A stretch of 64,000 bases of DNA from Spirochaetota bacterium (lineage in GTDB: Bacteria; Spirochaetota; UBA4802; JAFGDQ01): assembly GCA_043803405.1 (NCBI GenBank), contig JAZDKB010000036.1:32001-96000 (forward strand), given 5' to 3'. Numbering within the stretch: position 1 is the first letter of the stretch; every line of letters starts with the position of its first letter. A program made the translations under genes and the position numbers. This document shows, in pieces, positions 19,287 through 29,373 of this stretch. The notes beneath the pieces are model-generated. The model was not told the DNA's origin and ran no database searches. It was given only the letters and a program-made list of their open reading frames with translations.

Positions 19287-20692
19287 AACGAAAATATATT
19301 TTTTATCATATATTTCTAATATTAATATGCCTGCTTAATATTAATATTTTAAATGCTGAATCTTCTTCTCAAAAATTACTGTCTCTTGAGAAACTGACGC
19401 TGGATAGAGCGATAGAAACTGCCTTGCAGAACAACCAGGACTATAAAATAGCCCTTTTAAAAGAAAAAGAAGCAAACGAAAAAGTCAATGCTGCGTGGGG
19501 TCAGCTCTGGCCTGTGCTCGAGTCGGAAGCGTCGGCTATGCGGCAATATGCTGAAAGCGGGGTCATGAGCCTGTCGGACGGGCAAAACGATATTAAATTT
19601 ATACAACTAAAGTTCGGGATCAACCCGGGTATATTCTATAATTCGTTATTGGCTGCGCGTGATGCTTCGAAAACAGCTCGTGAGGATGTCCGCAGGATCA
19701 GGTCTTCGATCGAATGTTCGCTGATAAAAAGCTATTTTGATGTTTTGCTCGCAAATGAAATAATCAAGCTGCGGAAGGAGTCTATTGCAGTATTGAAAAA
19801 TAATCTGCAGGATGTACAGAACATGTTCAGGACAGGAGCAATACCTAAATTTGAACTGCTTCAGGCCGAGGTTGAGCTTCATAAGCTGGAGCCTCTGCTT
19901 ATTGATGCCCGGACAAATCATAAAGTCGCACTGGATATATTTAATTATTATCTGGGAAACGATAAAATAATATTTACTCCAGACGAAGAAATACTTAAGA
20001 GTGAATCCATGAAAGCCCCTGCTGACGACGACCGCAAGACCGAATATCTCACCTTACTCGCTCTTAAGAACCGGCCGGAGCTTATACAACTGGAAGCTAA
20101 GCGCAGCCTGGCCGAGCACACGAAAAACATCAACAGCTCATATTATCTTTGGCCGACATTTTCAGTCGGAGGATATTACGGTAAAACACAGTATCTTCCG
20201 AATACAATTGACTCCCCTATCCCAGGCATGGATTTTTCAAATATAACAGGCACGGACGAATGGCAGAAAACATGGCAGGTTCGCGTAGCTGCCACATACA
20301 GATGGGGAACGCTTATTCCTGCGGACTCAATCAGAGCAGCCGAGCGCGAGGAAAAGCTGAAAATCAAAGAAGAAGAAGAAGAGCTGCTAAAGCTGAAAAG
20401 ACTTATTGGAATTTCGATAAGGTCAAATTATTCGAAACTGCTGAGTTCGTATTTAACAATAAAGCCGCAGAAAGAAAATGTCGGCACCGCAGAAGAGGGT
20501 TTAAGGATTGCAAGGGAAAGCTACACCGCGGGTGTTATAAAAAATTCCGAACTGCTTTCAGCCGAGCTTTCTTTAACAAACGCGCGCACTTCTTATATAA
20601 ATGCAGTTTACGGGTACTATGTGTCCCTGGCTGAATTAAAAAAGGAAATCGGTATAAGCGATGAGAATATCATTATGGAGGATGTTAAATGA
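19283..20692 (+). CDS. TolC family outer-membrane efflux protein
   Basis: LTLDRAIETALQNN, NRPEL, two OEP-like halves; context. Confidence 0.9.
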   Translation: MKRKYIFYHIFLILICLLNINILNAESSSQKLLSLEKLTLDRAIETALQNNQDYKIALLKEKEANEKVNAAWGQLWPVLESEASAMRQYAESGVMSLSDGQNDIKFIQLKFGINPGIFYNSLLAARDASKTAREDVRRIRSSIECSLIKSYFDVLLANEIIKLRKESIAVLKNNLQDVQNMFRTGAIPKFELLQAEVELHKLEPLLIDARTNHKVALDIFNYYLGNDKIIFTPDEEILKSESMKAPADDDRKTEYLTLLALKNRPELIQLEAKRSLAEHTKNINSSYYLWPTFSVGGYYGKTQYLPNTIDSPIPGMDFSNITGTDEWQKTWQVRVAATYRWGTLIPADSIRAAEREEKLKIKEEEEELLKLKRLIGISIRSNYSKLLSSYLTIKPQKENVGTAEEGLRIARESYTAGVIKNSELLSAELSLTNARTSYINAVYGYYVSLAELKKEIGISDENIIMEDVK

Positions 20693-21483
20693 ACAGGAAA
20701 AAATTTATACCACTTGGTATAGTTGTTTTACTGATTATAGCCGCAACACTCTATTTTGAGGTTTTCCGGCATATTGAATTTAACACGAATGCAATAGACG
20801 GATCCGGGACAATAGAAGTCACTGAAATAGAAATAGGATCAAAGATTGCAGGCAGAATTGAAGAACTGCCTAAGCCAGAGGGCGTTGCCGTGCGTAAAGG
20901 CGAACTTGTTGTAAAATTGGAATATGAAGAGTTGAGCGCGCAAAGGCTGTCGGCTCAGGCAAATCTGGCGAATACAGAAAAAAATTTTAAGAGAATAAAA
21001 AATCTCTACGAGACAGGGTCTGTTTCCAAAAGAGATTACGATAATGCAGACGCAGCTTACCGGATCGCAAAAGGTTCATATGATCAAATTGCCGCTACTA
21101 TTATGAACGCGGTTATTGTATCTCCGATAAACGGCGTAGTACTGGAAAAAAATCTTGAGGTAGGGGAGATTGCATTTCCGGGTACAGCTATTCTGACTGT
21201 AGCGGATATAACAAAGCCGTGGATTTATATTTATGTAAATGAAAGGAAACTCGGATTTATCAAACTCGGACAAAAGGCAGCTATAAAGGTTGATTCGTTC
21301 CCTGATAAGAAATTCAGCGGAAGGGTGGTTTCAATATCCAACAAAGCGGAATTTACCCCCAAGACAATACAGACTAAAGAAGAAAGAGTTAAGCTTGTTT
21401 TCGCGGTTAAGATTGCGATTGAAAATCCGGACATGAGCTTAAAGCCGGGGATGCCTGCGGATGCGGAGATCATTATTAAATAA
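20689..21483 (+). CDS. HlyD/YbhG-like periplasmic adaptor
   Basis: SGTIEVTE..IGSKIAGRI, AEFTPKTIQTKEER, LKPGMPAD. Confidence 0.93.
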   Translation: MNRKKFIPLGIVVLLIIAATLYFEVFRHIEFNTNAIDGSGTIEVTEIEIGSKIAGRIEELPKPEGVAVRKGELVVKLEYEELSAQRLSAQANLANTEKNFKRIKNLYETGSVSKRDYDNADAAYRIAKGSYDQIAATIMNAVIVSPINGVVLEKNLEVGEIAFPGTAILTVADITKPWIYIYVNERKLGFIKLGQKAAIKVDSFPDKKFSGRVVSISNKAEFTPKTIQTKEERVKLVFAVKIAIENPDMSLKPGMPADAEIIIK

Positions 21484-21590
21484 GCGGGGTGGAGCGGCTT
21501 TTAAATTCAACTTAGTCATTAAAGTAATAATAATTGGCAATTAATATCAGTACACTGTCTCATTCGTTTTTAGTGTTTAATTGTGCCAAA

Positions 21591-21678
21591 ATAGAAATAC
21601 ATAACATAAATTTTCTGCGGAACTCGGACAACCCTTGGAAAAACTCAAACAGTCCTCGAAAATTTTTGTTAATTCTAT
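21591..21678. repeat. Intergenic bulged-hairpin element (same family as 46388-46513)
   Basis: Minus strand AAATTTTCGAGGAC...GAGTTCCGCAGAAAATTT inside an extended AT-rich stem. Confidence 0.55.
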
Positions 21679-21784
21679 CAACTTTTAATATCGCATTTAT
21701 TTTTTAATATTTATGAGATGAGCTGTATTTGTAAAATTTAAACAAACAAATGACTCTGCGAAGACAAAACGTCACAAAAAAAAT

Positions 21785-22711
21785 ATGGACATACTTGTAA
21801 TAAACAATCTCAGCAAACGCTTCAAAGAAATAGCTGCTGTCTCATCGTTAAGTTTCAGTGTGCATAAAGGTGAGATATTCGGCATAGTCGGCCCGGACGG
21901 CGCAGGCAAAAGTACTTTGATGCGTCTTATCGCCGGAATCCTTAGTCCAGGCGAAGGAAGCGTTATTATCAAAGATCTAAATGTGCACGAAAACGCTTTC
22001 CTGATAAAAGAAAACCTTGCATACATGCCTCAGCGTTTCGGACTTTATGAAGACTTGACAGTAGAGGAAAATATATTTTTTTTTGGAAAATTGTTCGGAG
22101 TGCCGCGCAGGGAAATACAAGAGCGGATAAAACGCCTCTATATGTTCAGCAGGCTGGAGCCTTTTAAGGACAGACTTGCAGGAAAGCTTTCGGGCGGCAT
22201 GAAGCAGAAGCTCGGGCTTGCATGCAGCCTGGTGCACAGACCGGATCTGATCCTGCTCGATGAGCCGACAAACGGAGTTGATCCGGTATCCAGGAGAGAG
22301 TTCTGGAAAATACTGTACGATCTGCTGAGCGATGGAGTGACCATTGTCGTAAGCACAGCTTATCTTGATGAAGCCGAACGCTGCACAAGAGTAGCTCTGA
22401 TGTATAACGGGAGCTTCCTGACGCTGGGGACACCTGATGAAATCAAGAAAAGCATAAAAAATACTCTTCTGGAAATTATTTCATCCGATATCTGGGAAGC
22501 GGAAAAAATTCTAAGGGGAAGCGACAGCTACAGCCATGTTATAAGGGAAGGAAACGCTTTGCGTATTTTTATTAAAAATGCTGAAAAAGATAAAAAAAAT
22601 ATAAGTCAAATGCTTTATCAAAAAGGAATTAAAGTGCAATCGATTGCAAAGAAAGTTCCTACTCTGGAAAATTGCTTTGTGGAGATAATATCAGAGGGAG
22701 AATACAGGTGA
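21785..22711 (+). CDS. ABC transporter ATP-binding protein (YbhF-like)
   Basis: GPDGAGKST, LSGGMKQK, LLDEPT. Confidence 0.95.
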   Translation: MDILVINNLSKRFKEIAAVSSLSFSVHKGEIFGIVGPDGAGKSTLMRLIAGILSPGEGSVIIKDLNVHENAFLIKENLAYMPQRFGLYEDLTVEENIFFFGKLFGVPRREIQERIKRLYMFSRLEPFKDRLAGKLSGGMKQKLGLACSLVHRPDLILLDEPTNGVDPVSRREFWKILYDLLSDGVTIVVSTAYLDEAERCTRVALMYNGSFLTLGTPDEIKKSIKNTLLEIISSDIWEAEKILRGSDSYSHVIREGNALRIFIKNAEKDKKNISQMLYQKGIKVQSIAKKVPTLENCFVEIISEGEYR

Positions 22712-23859
22712 GGCTTGTAAAATCATTATCAAGAATTATTACAATTGCAGACAAAGAATGGACTCAGATACGCAGGGATAAACGTAGCCTTTACCTGGCG
22801 ATCATTGCGCCTGTATTATTCGTATTTCTCTTCGGATACGCGCTTACTGTTGATGTTAAAAATGTCAGCACTGCAATATTTGACCAGGATAAGACCGCTG
22901 CCTCGAGACAGTTCATTGAAGAATTCAGCCATACCGAATACCTCAAGATATACGGTTACGTATCGAACTATAACGAGATAGATAATCTGATAAATTCGGA
23001 AGATATTAAACTGGCGCTTGTTATCCCCCGCAATTTTGAGAAACGTTTTAAATCCGGCAAAAAAACAGATGTGCAGCTTCTGGCTGACGGCTCGGACTCA
23101 ACGACTGCATCCGTAGCCATAGGCTATGTAAAAGCAATAGTCGCGAATTACAACATCGATATTAAAATGGCAGAGCTGAAAAGAATAGGAATTTCCGATA
23201 CGCAATTGCCGATAGAAGCAAGGACACGAATATGGTACAATCCGGAACTTGAAAGCAAGAATTTTATTATACCAGGGCTTATTATTATGATCATGGCGAT
23301 CATTTCTGCCCTGATAGCCTCCCTTACGATCTCACGGGAATGGGAGCGCGGGACAATGGAAACCCTGATAACCACTCCAGTCCGCGGTTTTGAGCTGGTA
23401 TTCGGCAAGCTGATCCCTTTCATCTTTATCGGGATTCTGGATATCATTGTAATGATATCAGTAGGATATTTCATATTTAAAGTGCCGATCAAAGGCAGTT
23501 TTGTGGAGTTATTTCTTCTGGATCTGTTGTTTCTGATAGGCACTTCGAGCATGGGAATACTGATTTCTGCTTCAACACGCGTGCAGGTATTATCCGTGCA
23601 GATGGCTATGAACCTAACATATCTTCCTACTATTATTTTATCCGGATTTATTTTCCCGATTCAGAACATGCCACTGTTTATTCAGGGAGTCACTTATCTT
23701 ATACCGGCCAGGTATGCCATAATGCTTGTTAAAGCCGTTGCGCTTAAGGGGATTCCGGCACTTTTCCTGTGGACACAAATAGCTTTTCTTTTCTGTTTTG
23801 CAGTAATAATAATTACTCTAAGTATAAAAAAAATGAGCCTTCGTTTGCCTGAAGGCTAG
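22708..23859 (+). CDS. ABC-2 permease (YbhS-like)
   Basis: GTGA overlap start; WYNPEL, REWERGTMETL. Confidence 0.92.
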   Translation: MRLVKSLSRIITIADKEWTQIRRDKRSLYLAIIAPVLFVFLFGYALTVDVKNVSTAIFDQDKTAASRQFIEEFSHTEYLKIYGYVSNYNEIDNLINSEDIKLALVIPRNFEKRFKSGKKTDVQLLADGSDSTTASVAIGYVKAIVANYNIDIKMAELKRIGISDTQLPIEARTRIWYNPELESKNFIIPGLIIMIMAIISALIASLTISREWERGTMETLITTPVRGFELVFGKLIPFIFIGILDIIVMISVGYFIFKVPIKGSFVELFLLDLLFLIGTSSMGILISASTRVQVLSVQMAMNLTYLPTIILSGFIFPIQNMPLFIQGVTYLIPARYAIMLVKAVALKGIPALFLWTQIAFLFCFAVIIITLSIKKMSLRLPEG

Positions 23860-23912
23860 TCGGAAATATATAAAAGATAAATTCAAGTGACCATTGCCCA
23901 TATAATATTTTT

Positions 23913-25073
23913 ATGAAAATATCCATTAGAAAGAATATACTAAAAAGTCTTCTTGTTAAAGAATTCAAAGAGATATTCAGAAACAAGCTGATGGTGAGCC
24001 AGCTTTTTATGGTTCCGTTTATCCTGCTTTTTGTATTGGGTTATGCAGCAAACACGGATGTAAAAAAAATAAAAATGTCCGTGCTTGACGAAGACCGCAC
24101 ACAGGAAAGCAGGAAATTTATCCAGGTATTTTCTTCAAGTCCGTACTTCATTTATTATTCGTATTTAAACTCTGAAAAAGAAACAGCGGAACTCCTGGAT
24201 AAAGGAAAAGCTGAAATGTTTTTGCATGTTCTCCGCGGTTTTTCCAAAAATGCCAAATCGGGGAAACATTCAGATATACAGCTAATACTCGACGGAACTG
24301 ATTCCGGCAGGGCGGCTTTAATAATGTCCTATGTAAACCAGATCACAAATGATTTTTCATTAGATTTTTTTAAAGACAGAATAAAGATGCTTGTGCTGAG
24401 CAGAGGCGCCGGCGGAATGAAAATGAAAGAAACCATAGGTATCCAGGAAAGGGCCCTCTTTAACCCTGAACTTGCCAGCAGAAACTTTTTTTTACCCGGT
24501 GTGCTTGCCATGCTAATATCCATTATTACAATCATGCTCACGTCAATGGCCATTGTAAAGGAAAAAGAAGCAGGTACAATTGAACAGATCATTGTGTCTC
24601 CCTTAAAGCCTGTGGAATACATTGCAGGCAAAACACTGCCCTTTGCGGTTATTGGCTTTATAAACATATTCATCGGAGCCATTGCCGTGATTGCATGGTT
24701 CAATGTCCCGTTCAACGGCAGTTTCATTTTTCTGCTTTTTTCGGGACTGATATATATTGTATCCGCGCTTGCAGTAGGACTGTTCATATCGACAATATCA
24801 AAGACACAGCAGGAAGCAATGCTTTCGACCTTTTTGTATTTTATGCCTGCAATGCTTCTTTCGGGCTTTGTTTTCCCGATATACGCAATGCCGGCAAGTA
24901 TTCAGACTCTGACTTATTTAAATCCGATACGGTATTTTATTATCATCCTTAGGGGAATATTTCTTAAGGGCATTGGAATATCCGATCTATGGCCCGAATT
25001 ACTTGTACTCGTGTTTATGGCAATAGCGCTGTTAACTCTCAGTGTAAAAAGGTTTGCCAGGAGAATGGAATAA
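23913..25073 (+). CDS. ABC-2 permease (YbhR-like)
   Basis: FNPEL.SR, IVKEKEAGTIEQ, LSGFVFPI. Confidence 0.92.
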   Translation: MKISIRKNILKSLLVKEFKEIFRNKLMVSQLFMVPFILLFVLGYAANTDVKKIKMSVLDEDRTQESRKFIQVFSSSPYFIYYSYLNSEKETAELLDKGKAEMFLHVLRGFSKNAKSGKHSDIQLILDGTDSGRAALIMSYVNQITNDFSLDFFKDRIKMLVLSRGAGGMKMKETIGIQERALFNPELASRNFFLPGVLAMLISIITIMLTSMAIVKEKEAGTIEQIIVSPLKPVEYIAGKTLPFAVIGFINIFIGAIAVIAWFNVPFNGSFIFLLFSGLIYIVSALAVGLFISTISKTQQEAMLSTFLYFMPAMLLSGFVFPIYAMPASIQTLTYLNPIRYFIIILRGIFLKGIGISDLWPELLVLVFMAIALLTLSVKRFARRME

Positions 25074-25999
25074 TGGAATATTCCGTAGAAGTTCAAAATC
25101 TTACAAAGCGGTTCGACCAGTTTACGGCTGTCGATGACATAACTTTTTCCGTCAACAAAGGTGAAATATTCGGATTTTTAGGCCCCAATGGAGCCGGAAA
25201 AAGCACAACTATAAAAATGCTATGCGGAATTCTTCTACCTACGGACGGCAAAGGCACTGTAATGCAGCATGATATAATGTCCGAGCAGGATAAAATCAGA
25301 AACGTTATAGGGTACATGTCTCAGAAATTCTCTCTTTATGACGACCTCACGGTAATTGAGAATCTGGAATTTTTCGGCAGCATATACGGCCTTGAAGGAA
25401 AAAAGCTGAAAAAGAGAACGGATTACGTTATTGAAATGGCAGAAATAAAAGACAGAAAAAACTCCATTGTAAAAACGCTCCCGGGCGGGATTAAACAGAG
25501 ACTGGCTATTGGTGCGGCAATACTTCACGACCCGCCTATCCTGTTTTTAGATGAGCCGACTTCCGGGGTAGATCCTATTATGCGAAGAAATTTCTGGGAG
25601 CTTATATATGAATTTGCCAAGCTTGGAAAAACTATTTTTGTAACGACCCACTACATGGATGAGGCGGAGCACTGCGACCGCATGGCTCTCATTATCGCCG
25701 GAAAAATTATAGCAATGGATTCGCCTGCAAACCTTAAGTCCCAACTGCCATACGGAGTTTATTCTCTGAAAGCGCCTGACTTTATAAAAGTATTTGATTA
25801 TATTTCAAGGCTGGAATACATTGAGGAAGCGGCAATTTTCGGGAGTATGATTCATATACTCTGTGAAGAAAAATTTCCTTTAAAAAAAGAACTCAGCAAA
25901 GATCTGAAAGCCAGAGGAATTACAGGCTGCCATATTGATAAAATTTCGCCAACACTTGAAGACGTATTTGTAACATACGCAAGGAAACTGGGAGTATAA
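25073..25999 (+). CDS. ABC transporter ATP-binding protein
   Basis: TAATG coupling; GPNGAGKST, FLDEPTSGVDP, VTTHYMDEAE. Confidence 0.95.
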   Translation: MEYSVEVQNLTKRFDQFTAVDDITFSVNKGEIFGFLGPNGAGKSTTIKMLCGILLPTDGKGTVMQHDIMSEQDKIRNVIGYMSQKFSLYDDLTVIENLEFFGSIYGLEGKKLKKRTDYVIEMAEIKDRKNSIVKTLPGGIKQRLAIGAAILHDPPILFLDEPTSGVDPIMRRNFWELIYEFAKLGKTIFVTTHYMDEAEHCDRMALIIAGKIIAMDSPANLKSQLPYGVYSLKAPDFIKVFDYISRLEYIEEAAIFGSMIHILCEEKFPLKKELSKDLKARGITGCHIDKISPTLEDVFVTYARKLGV

Positions 26000-26171
26000 T
26001 CCTTCATTTTGCCTTAAAATAAAAATCACATACGTATTAACAAGCTAGGTACAATATTTATAGAAAGTCGCACCACGCACTAAATTTATTTTTCCTCCGA
26101 TTTCTTTATAATAATTCCTGAAAAAACACCGAATATAATAAAGCAGTAACAATTAATAACAGGGATATAAA

Positions 26172-26576
26172 ATGCAATCTTTAACTCATGATATTGAAAA
26201 ATCGGTAAGAACCATATTCAGGCTTTTTTTTAACACAAACGTTCAATTAAAGAACAACAATGTATATAAATATTCGCCCTGGGGGGTTGATATTATAATG
26301 GATTGCGGCGGAGTAAAGAAGCTGAGCCTTTTTATGGACGAAAGCACGCTTAAATCAGTAATGAAACAATTAACAGGCGAAGACAACATACAAAACAGCG
26401 CCCTGGCCTACAATGTTATCGGTGAAATAGCGCGTTTTATCGCCGGTAATGCCGCAGGAGAAAAGCACGAAAATTTTACTATCTACAAACCTGTTCCTTC
26501 GCAGGGGATAAGGCATTCGGAACATTCGCAGATATTTTCTTCCGGCCTGGGAGAATTCGCAATTTCCCTGGAGTAG
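26172..26576 (+). CDS. CheX-like protein with altered ExxN motif
   Basis: Size and the segment YNVIGEIARFIAGNA resemble CheX GElaNmiaGn. Confidence 0.55.
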   Translation: MQSLTHDIEKSVRTIFRLFFNTNVQLKNNNVYKYSPWGVDIIMDCGGVKKLSLFMDESTLKSVMKQLTGEDNIQNSALAYNVIGEIARFIAGNAAGEKHENFTIYKPVPSQGIRHSEHSQIFSSGLGEFAISLE

Positions 26577-26735
26577 CAATTCACATCATTTTACCAGCCA
26601 GTCTGGATTATTCAAGGTTTATAAAATAGCAACATAAAATATTTGACATAATTAATTGAAAATACAATAATACCCGCAGCTTAAACGGATTTGATTATTA
26701 ATTATAAATTACAATATCTATTAAGAGGTAAAAAA

Positions 26736-27380
26736 ATGAAAAAAATTCTATTTATAATCGCTGTGCTGTTTACAGCTTCAGCATTAGTGAATGCACAGGA
26801 AAGTCAAAAGTCCGAACCCGCTAAAGAGAATACAGTAAAAACGGTTGAGCCTGCAACACCTGCCGCTACAGTCGAAGAAAAAGCAAAAGAAGCTGCTATT
26901 GAAAAAAAAGTCGAAGAACCTAAAAAAGAAGCCGTAGTAAAAGAAGCAGCCAAAGAAGTTGAGAAAAAAGCAGAAGCAAAACCTGCTGTAAAAGCAAGCA
27001 AAGAAAGTTACATGGCCGACCTGTCCGGCAATGATGAAAAAAAAATTATTGCAGCAGCAGACTGGCTTGGTGAAAAAGAAGAGAAGTCCGCTGTGCCGCA
27101 GCTTGTTAATCTTTTAAAGAACGATAAAAGAACAAAAGTCAGATTATTTGCCACAGTCGCCCTGGGACAGATAGGGGATGAAAGCTGCATACCGGCTCTC
27201 AACGAAGCGCTTCTTAACGACGGCAATGCAGACGTGAGGTATTCAGTTCTTCTTGCAATACACAGGATAAATCCTGCAAAATCACTTGACGCCCTTAAAA
27301 AAGCAAAAGAGACAGATTCCGATCCTTACATTAAAGATTATATCGAAAAAATGGAAGCAAAATGGAACGAAAAAAAATAA
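26736..27380 (+). CDS. Exported HEAT-repeat protein with Lys/Glu/Ala-rich linker
   Basis: Signal peptide; AVPQLVNLL..D....VR..A..ALG.IG repeats; GAGG SD before ATG 26736. Confidence 0.8.
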   Translation: MKKILFIIAVLFTASALVNAQESQKSEPAKENTVKTVEPATPAATVEEKAKEAAIEKKVEEPKKEAVVKEAAKEVEKKAEAKPAVKASKESYMADLSGNDEKKIIAAADWLGEKEEKSAVPQLVNLLKNDKRTKVRLFATVALGQIGDESCIPALNEALLNDGNADVRYSVLLAIHRINPAKSLDALKKAKETDSDPYIKDYIEKMEAKWNEKK

Positions 27381-27420
27381 ATTATAAAGTTTATTAAATA
27401 ACAATAATTAGTTAATTTAT

Positions 27421-27453
27421 AAAAAGCATGCTGAATCTGTAGCATGCTTTTTT
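27421..27453 (+). terminator. Intrinsic terminator
   Basis: AAAAAGCATGCT-loop-AGCATGCTTTTTT. Confidence 0.8.
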
Positions 27454-27508
27454 AATTTTTTATTGGCTATTATCCCTAAGGGAATAACTAACAAACAGGT
27501 ATTACATA

Positions 27509-28315
27509 ATGATAAACGAAGAAATAAAATATTTAGTATTCGATATTGAATCTGTTCCGGACGGCAAACTAATTAAAAAAGTTAAATACGCGGGCATGGA
27601 GATCACTGAAAAAGAAGCGATTGCTAAATACCAGGAAGAGATACTGACAAACTCCGACGGCCAGACGTTTTTTATACCTGTGACATTCCAGTACCCGGTT
27701 TCTGTTTGCGTTGCATTCATAAAAGAAGATTTTTCCTTATCGGACATTAAGCTTCTGGATGAACCTGAATACAGGACCGCTGTTATAGTTAAGTCTTTCT
27801 GGGATATGGCTGAATTCTCGCATAAGGAAGCTTCGCTGGTCACGTTTAACGGACGCGGCTTTGATATTCCCTTAATGGAACTGATGGCTTTCAGATACGG
27901 CTATACCATTAAAAGGCACATGAAAGACAAGTTCGGTTCAAGATACAGATTCGGCACAAAGCATATTGATTTACATGACTGGCTATCGAACTTTAATGCT
28001 ATACGCATGAACGGCGGGCTGAACCTGCTTGCAAAGACTCTCGGGAAACCCGGCAAGATGGAAGCAAAGGGCGACGAAGTGTACGACATGTTCACTGCAG
28101 GCAAACTGAAGGAAATCAACGATTACTGTACGCACGATGTGCTCGATACGTACTTTGTGTTTCTGCGCACGCGCGTTTTGCTCGGGGAGCTCTCAATCGA
28201 CCGGGAGCAGAAACTGGTCAAAAGCACGCTCGAATTTTTAAAAGCGAATGCGGAGAAAAGACCCGCGTTCGGGATTTATCTGAAATGTTGCGGGGAATGT
28301 AATCCGTGGCCGTAA
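27509..28315 (+). CDS. PolB-like DEDDy 3'-5' exonuclease
   Basis: VFDIES, TFNGRGFDIP, HIDL.D, YC.HDV. Confidence 0.88.
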   Translation: MINEEIKYLVFDIESVPDGKLIKKVKYAGMEITEKEAIAKYQEEILTNSDGQTFFIPVTFQYPVSVCVAFIKEDFSLSDIKLLDEPEYRTAVIVKSFWDMAEFSHKEASLVTFNGRGFDIPLMELMAFRYGYTIKRHMKDKFGSRYRFGTKHIDLHDWLSNFNAIRMNGGLNLLAKTLGKPGKMEAKGDEVYDMFTAGKLKEINDYCTHDVLDTYFVFLRTRVLLGELSIDREQKLVKSTLEFLKANAEKRPAFGIYLKCCGECNPWP

Positions 28316-28324
28316 ACTTAACTA

Positions 28325-29227
28325 TCAATATAATAATTCCTTTGCCTTGATAAGGTTATAAACCGCATCATTATAAGGCGTTGGAATCGAATTCAATTTA
28401 CCGAGCTTAATTATAATGCCATTGATGCTGTCTATTTCCGTTCTTCTGTTCGCCTTAACGTCCTGCAGCATTGAGCAAATATTCTGAGATGTATTTTTAC
28501 AAACATTTCTTGTTTGCTCAATCATCTGATCAGCATCCAGTTTCAAACCAATCTTTGCGGCAACATTAACAGCCTCCCTTATTATATTTTCCTGAAGATT
28601 TCTGCCGTATTCGCTCTCAATAATTTTTCCGTTCGGCACACCCAGAAGCGCTCCAAGCGGATTTATCCCTGCATTGATAATTGCTTTCTTCCATACAACT
28701 TCCTCAGGATTCACAGAAACGTTTACCTTAAGACCGGCCTTTTTCAATACGCTGCCTGCAATTGCAACCGCCTCTTTATCCGCGCCGCCTATAACAACAT
28801 CGCCCATGCCGCCCAGCCTCACAGTATTCCCGTTTACTCTTGTTGCCCCAATGGAAGTTGAACCGTATACTATTCTGTCTTCGTGAATATACTTTGCAAT
28901 AATATCTTTACTGCCTATTCCGTTTTGAAGGCTTACTATAATGCTTGTTTTATCTATCTCCGGTGCAATTTCTTTAACAGCATCTTCGGTATCGTATGTC
29001 TTTACGAAAATAATTATTATCTGACACCCTTTCAGGATTAATGGATTATTACCGATATCGATTTTAATATTTACCGTATCATCGCCGAGAATTACATTTA
29101 ATCCTGAACCGATATTTTTTATAATATCATTATTTTTTTCAAAAAACGTCAGGTTAATATCCGCTTTGTGAAAAAAATAAGCAAAGATGGAGCCCATTGC
29201 GCCTGCTCCGACTATACCGATTTTCAT
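28325..29227 (-). CDS. panE: 2-dehydropantoate 2-reductase
   Basis: GAGAMG, VK, LQNG, WKKAIINAGINPL, SMLQD..RRTEID.ING. Confidence 0.92.
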   Translation of the reverse strand: MKIGIVGAGAMGSIFAYFFHKADINLTFFEKNNDIIKNIGSGLNVILGDDTVNIKIDIGNNPLILKGCQIIIIFVKTYDTEDAVKEIAPEIDKTSIIVSLQNGIGSKDIIAKYIHEDRIVYGSTSIGATRVNGNTVRLGGMGDVVIGGADKEAVAIAGSVLKKAGLKVNVSVNPEEVVWKKAIINAGINPLGALLGVPNGKIIESEYGRNLQENIIREAVNVAAKIGLKLDADQMIEQTRNVCKNTSQNICSMLQDVKANRRTEIDSINGIIIKLGKLNSIPTPYNDAVYNLIKAKELLY

Positions 29228-29373
29228 AATGATGCCTCTTTTTCAATATAAACTTTTATTTAAAAAAGATTTGCCGAATAATAAAATATCTTGATTTCGA
29301 ATTCATATATCAATAAGTTTACAGTATAATTTATCTTTAATATAAACATACTGAGATGTAAAGCGAATTATAA

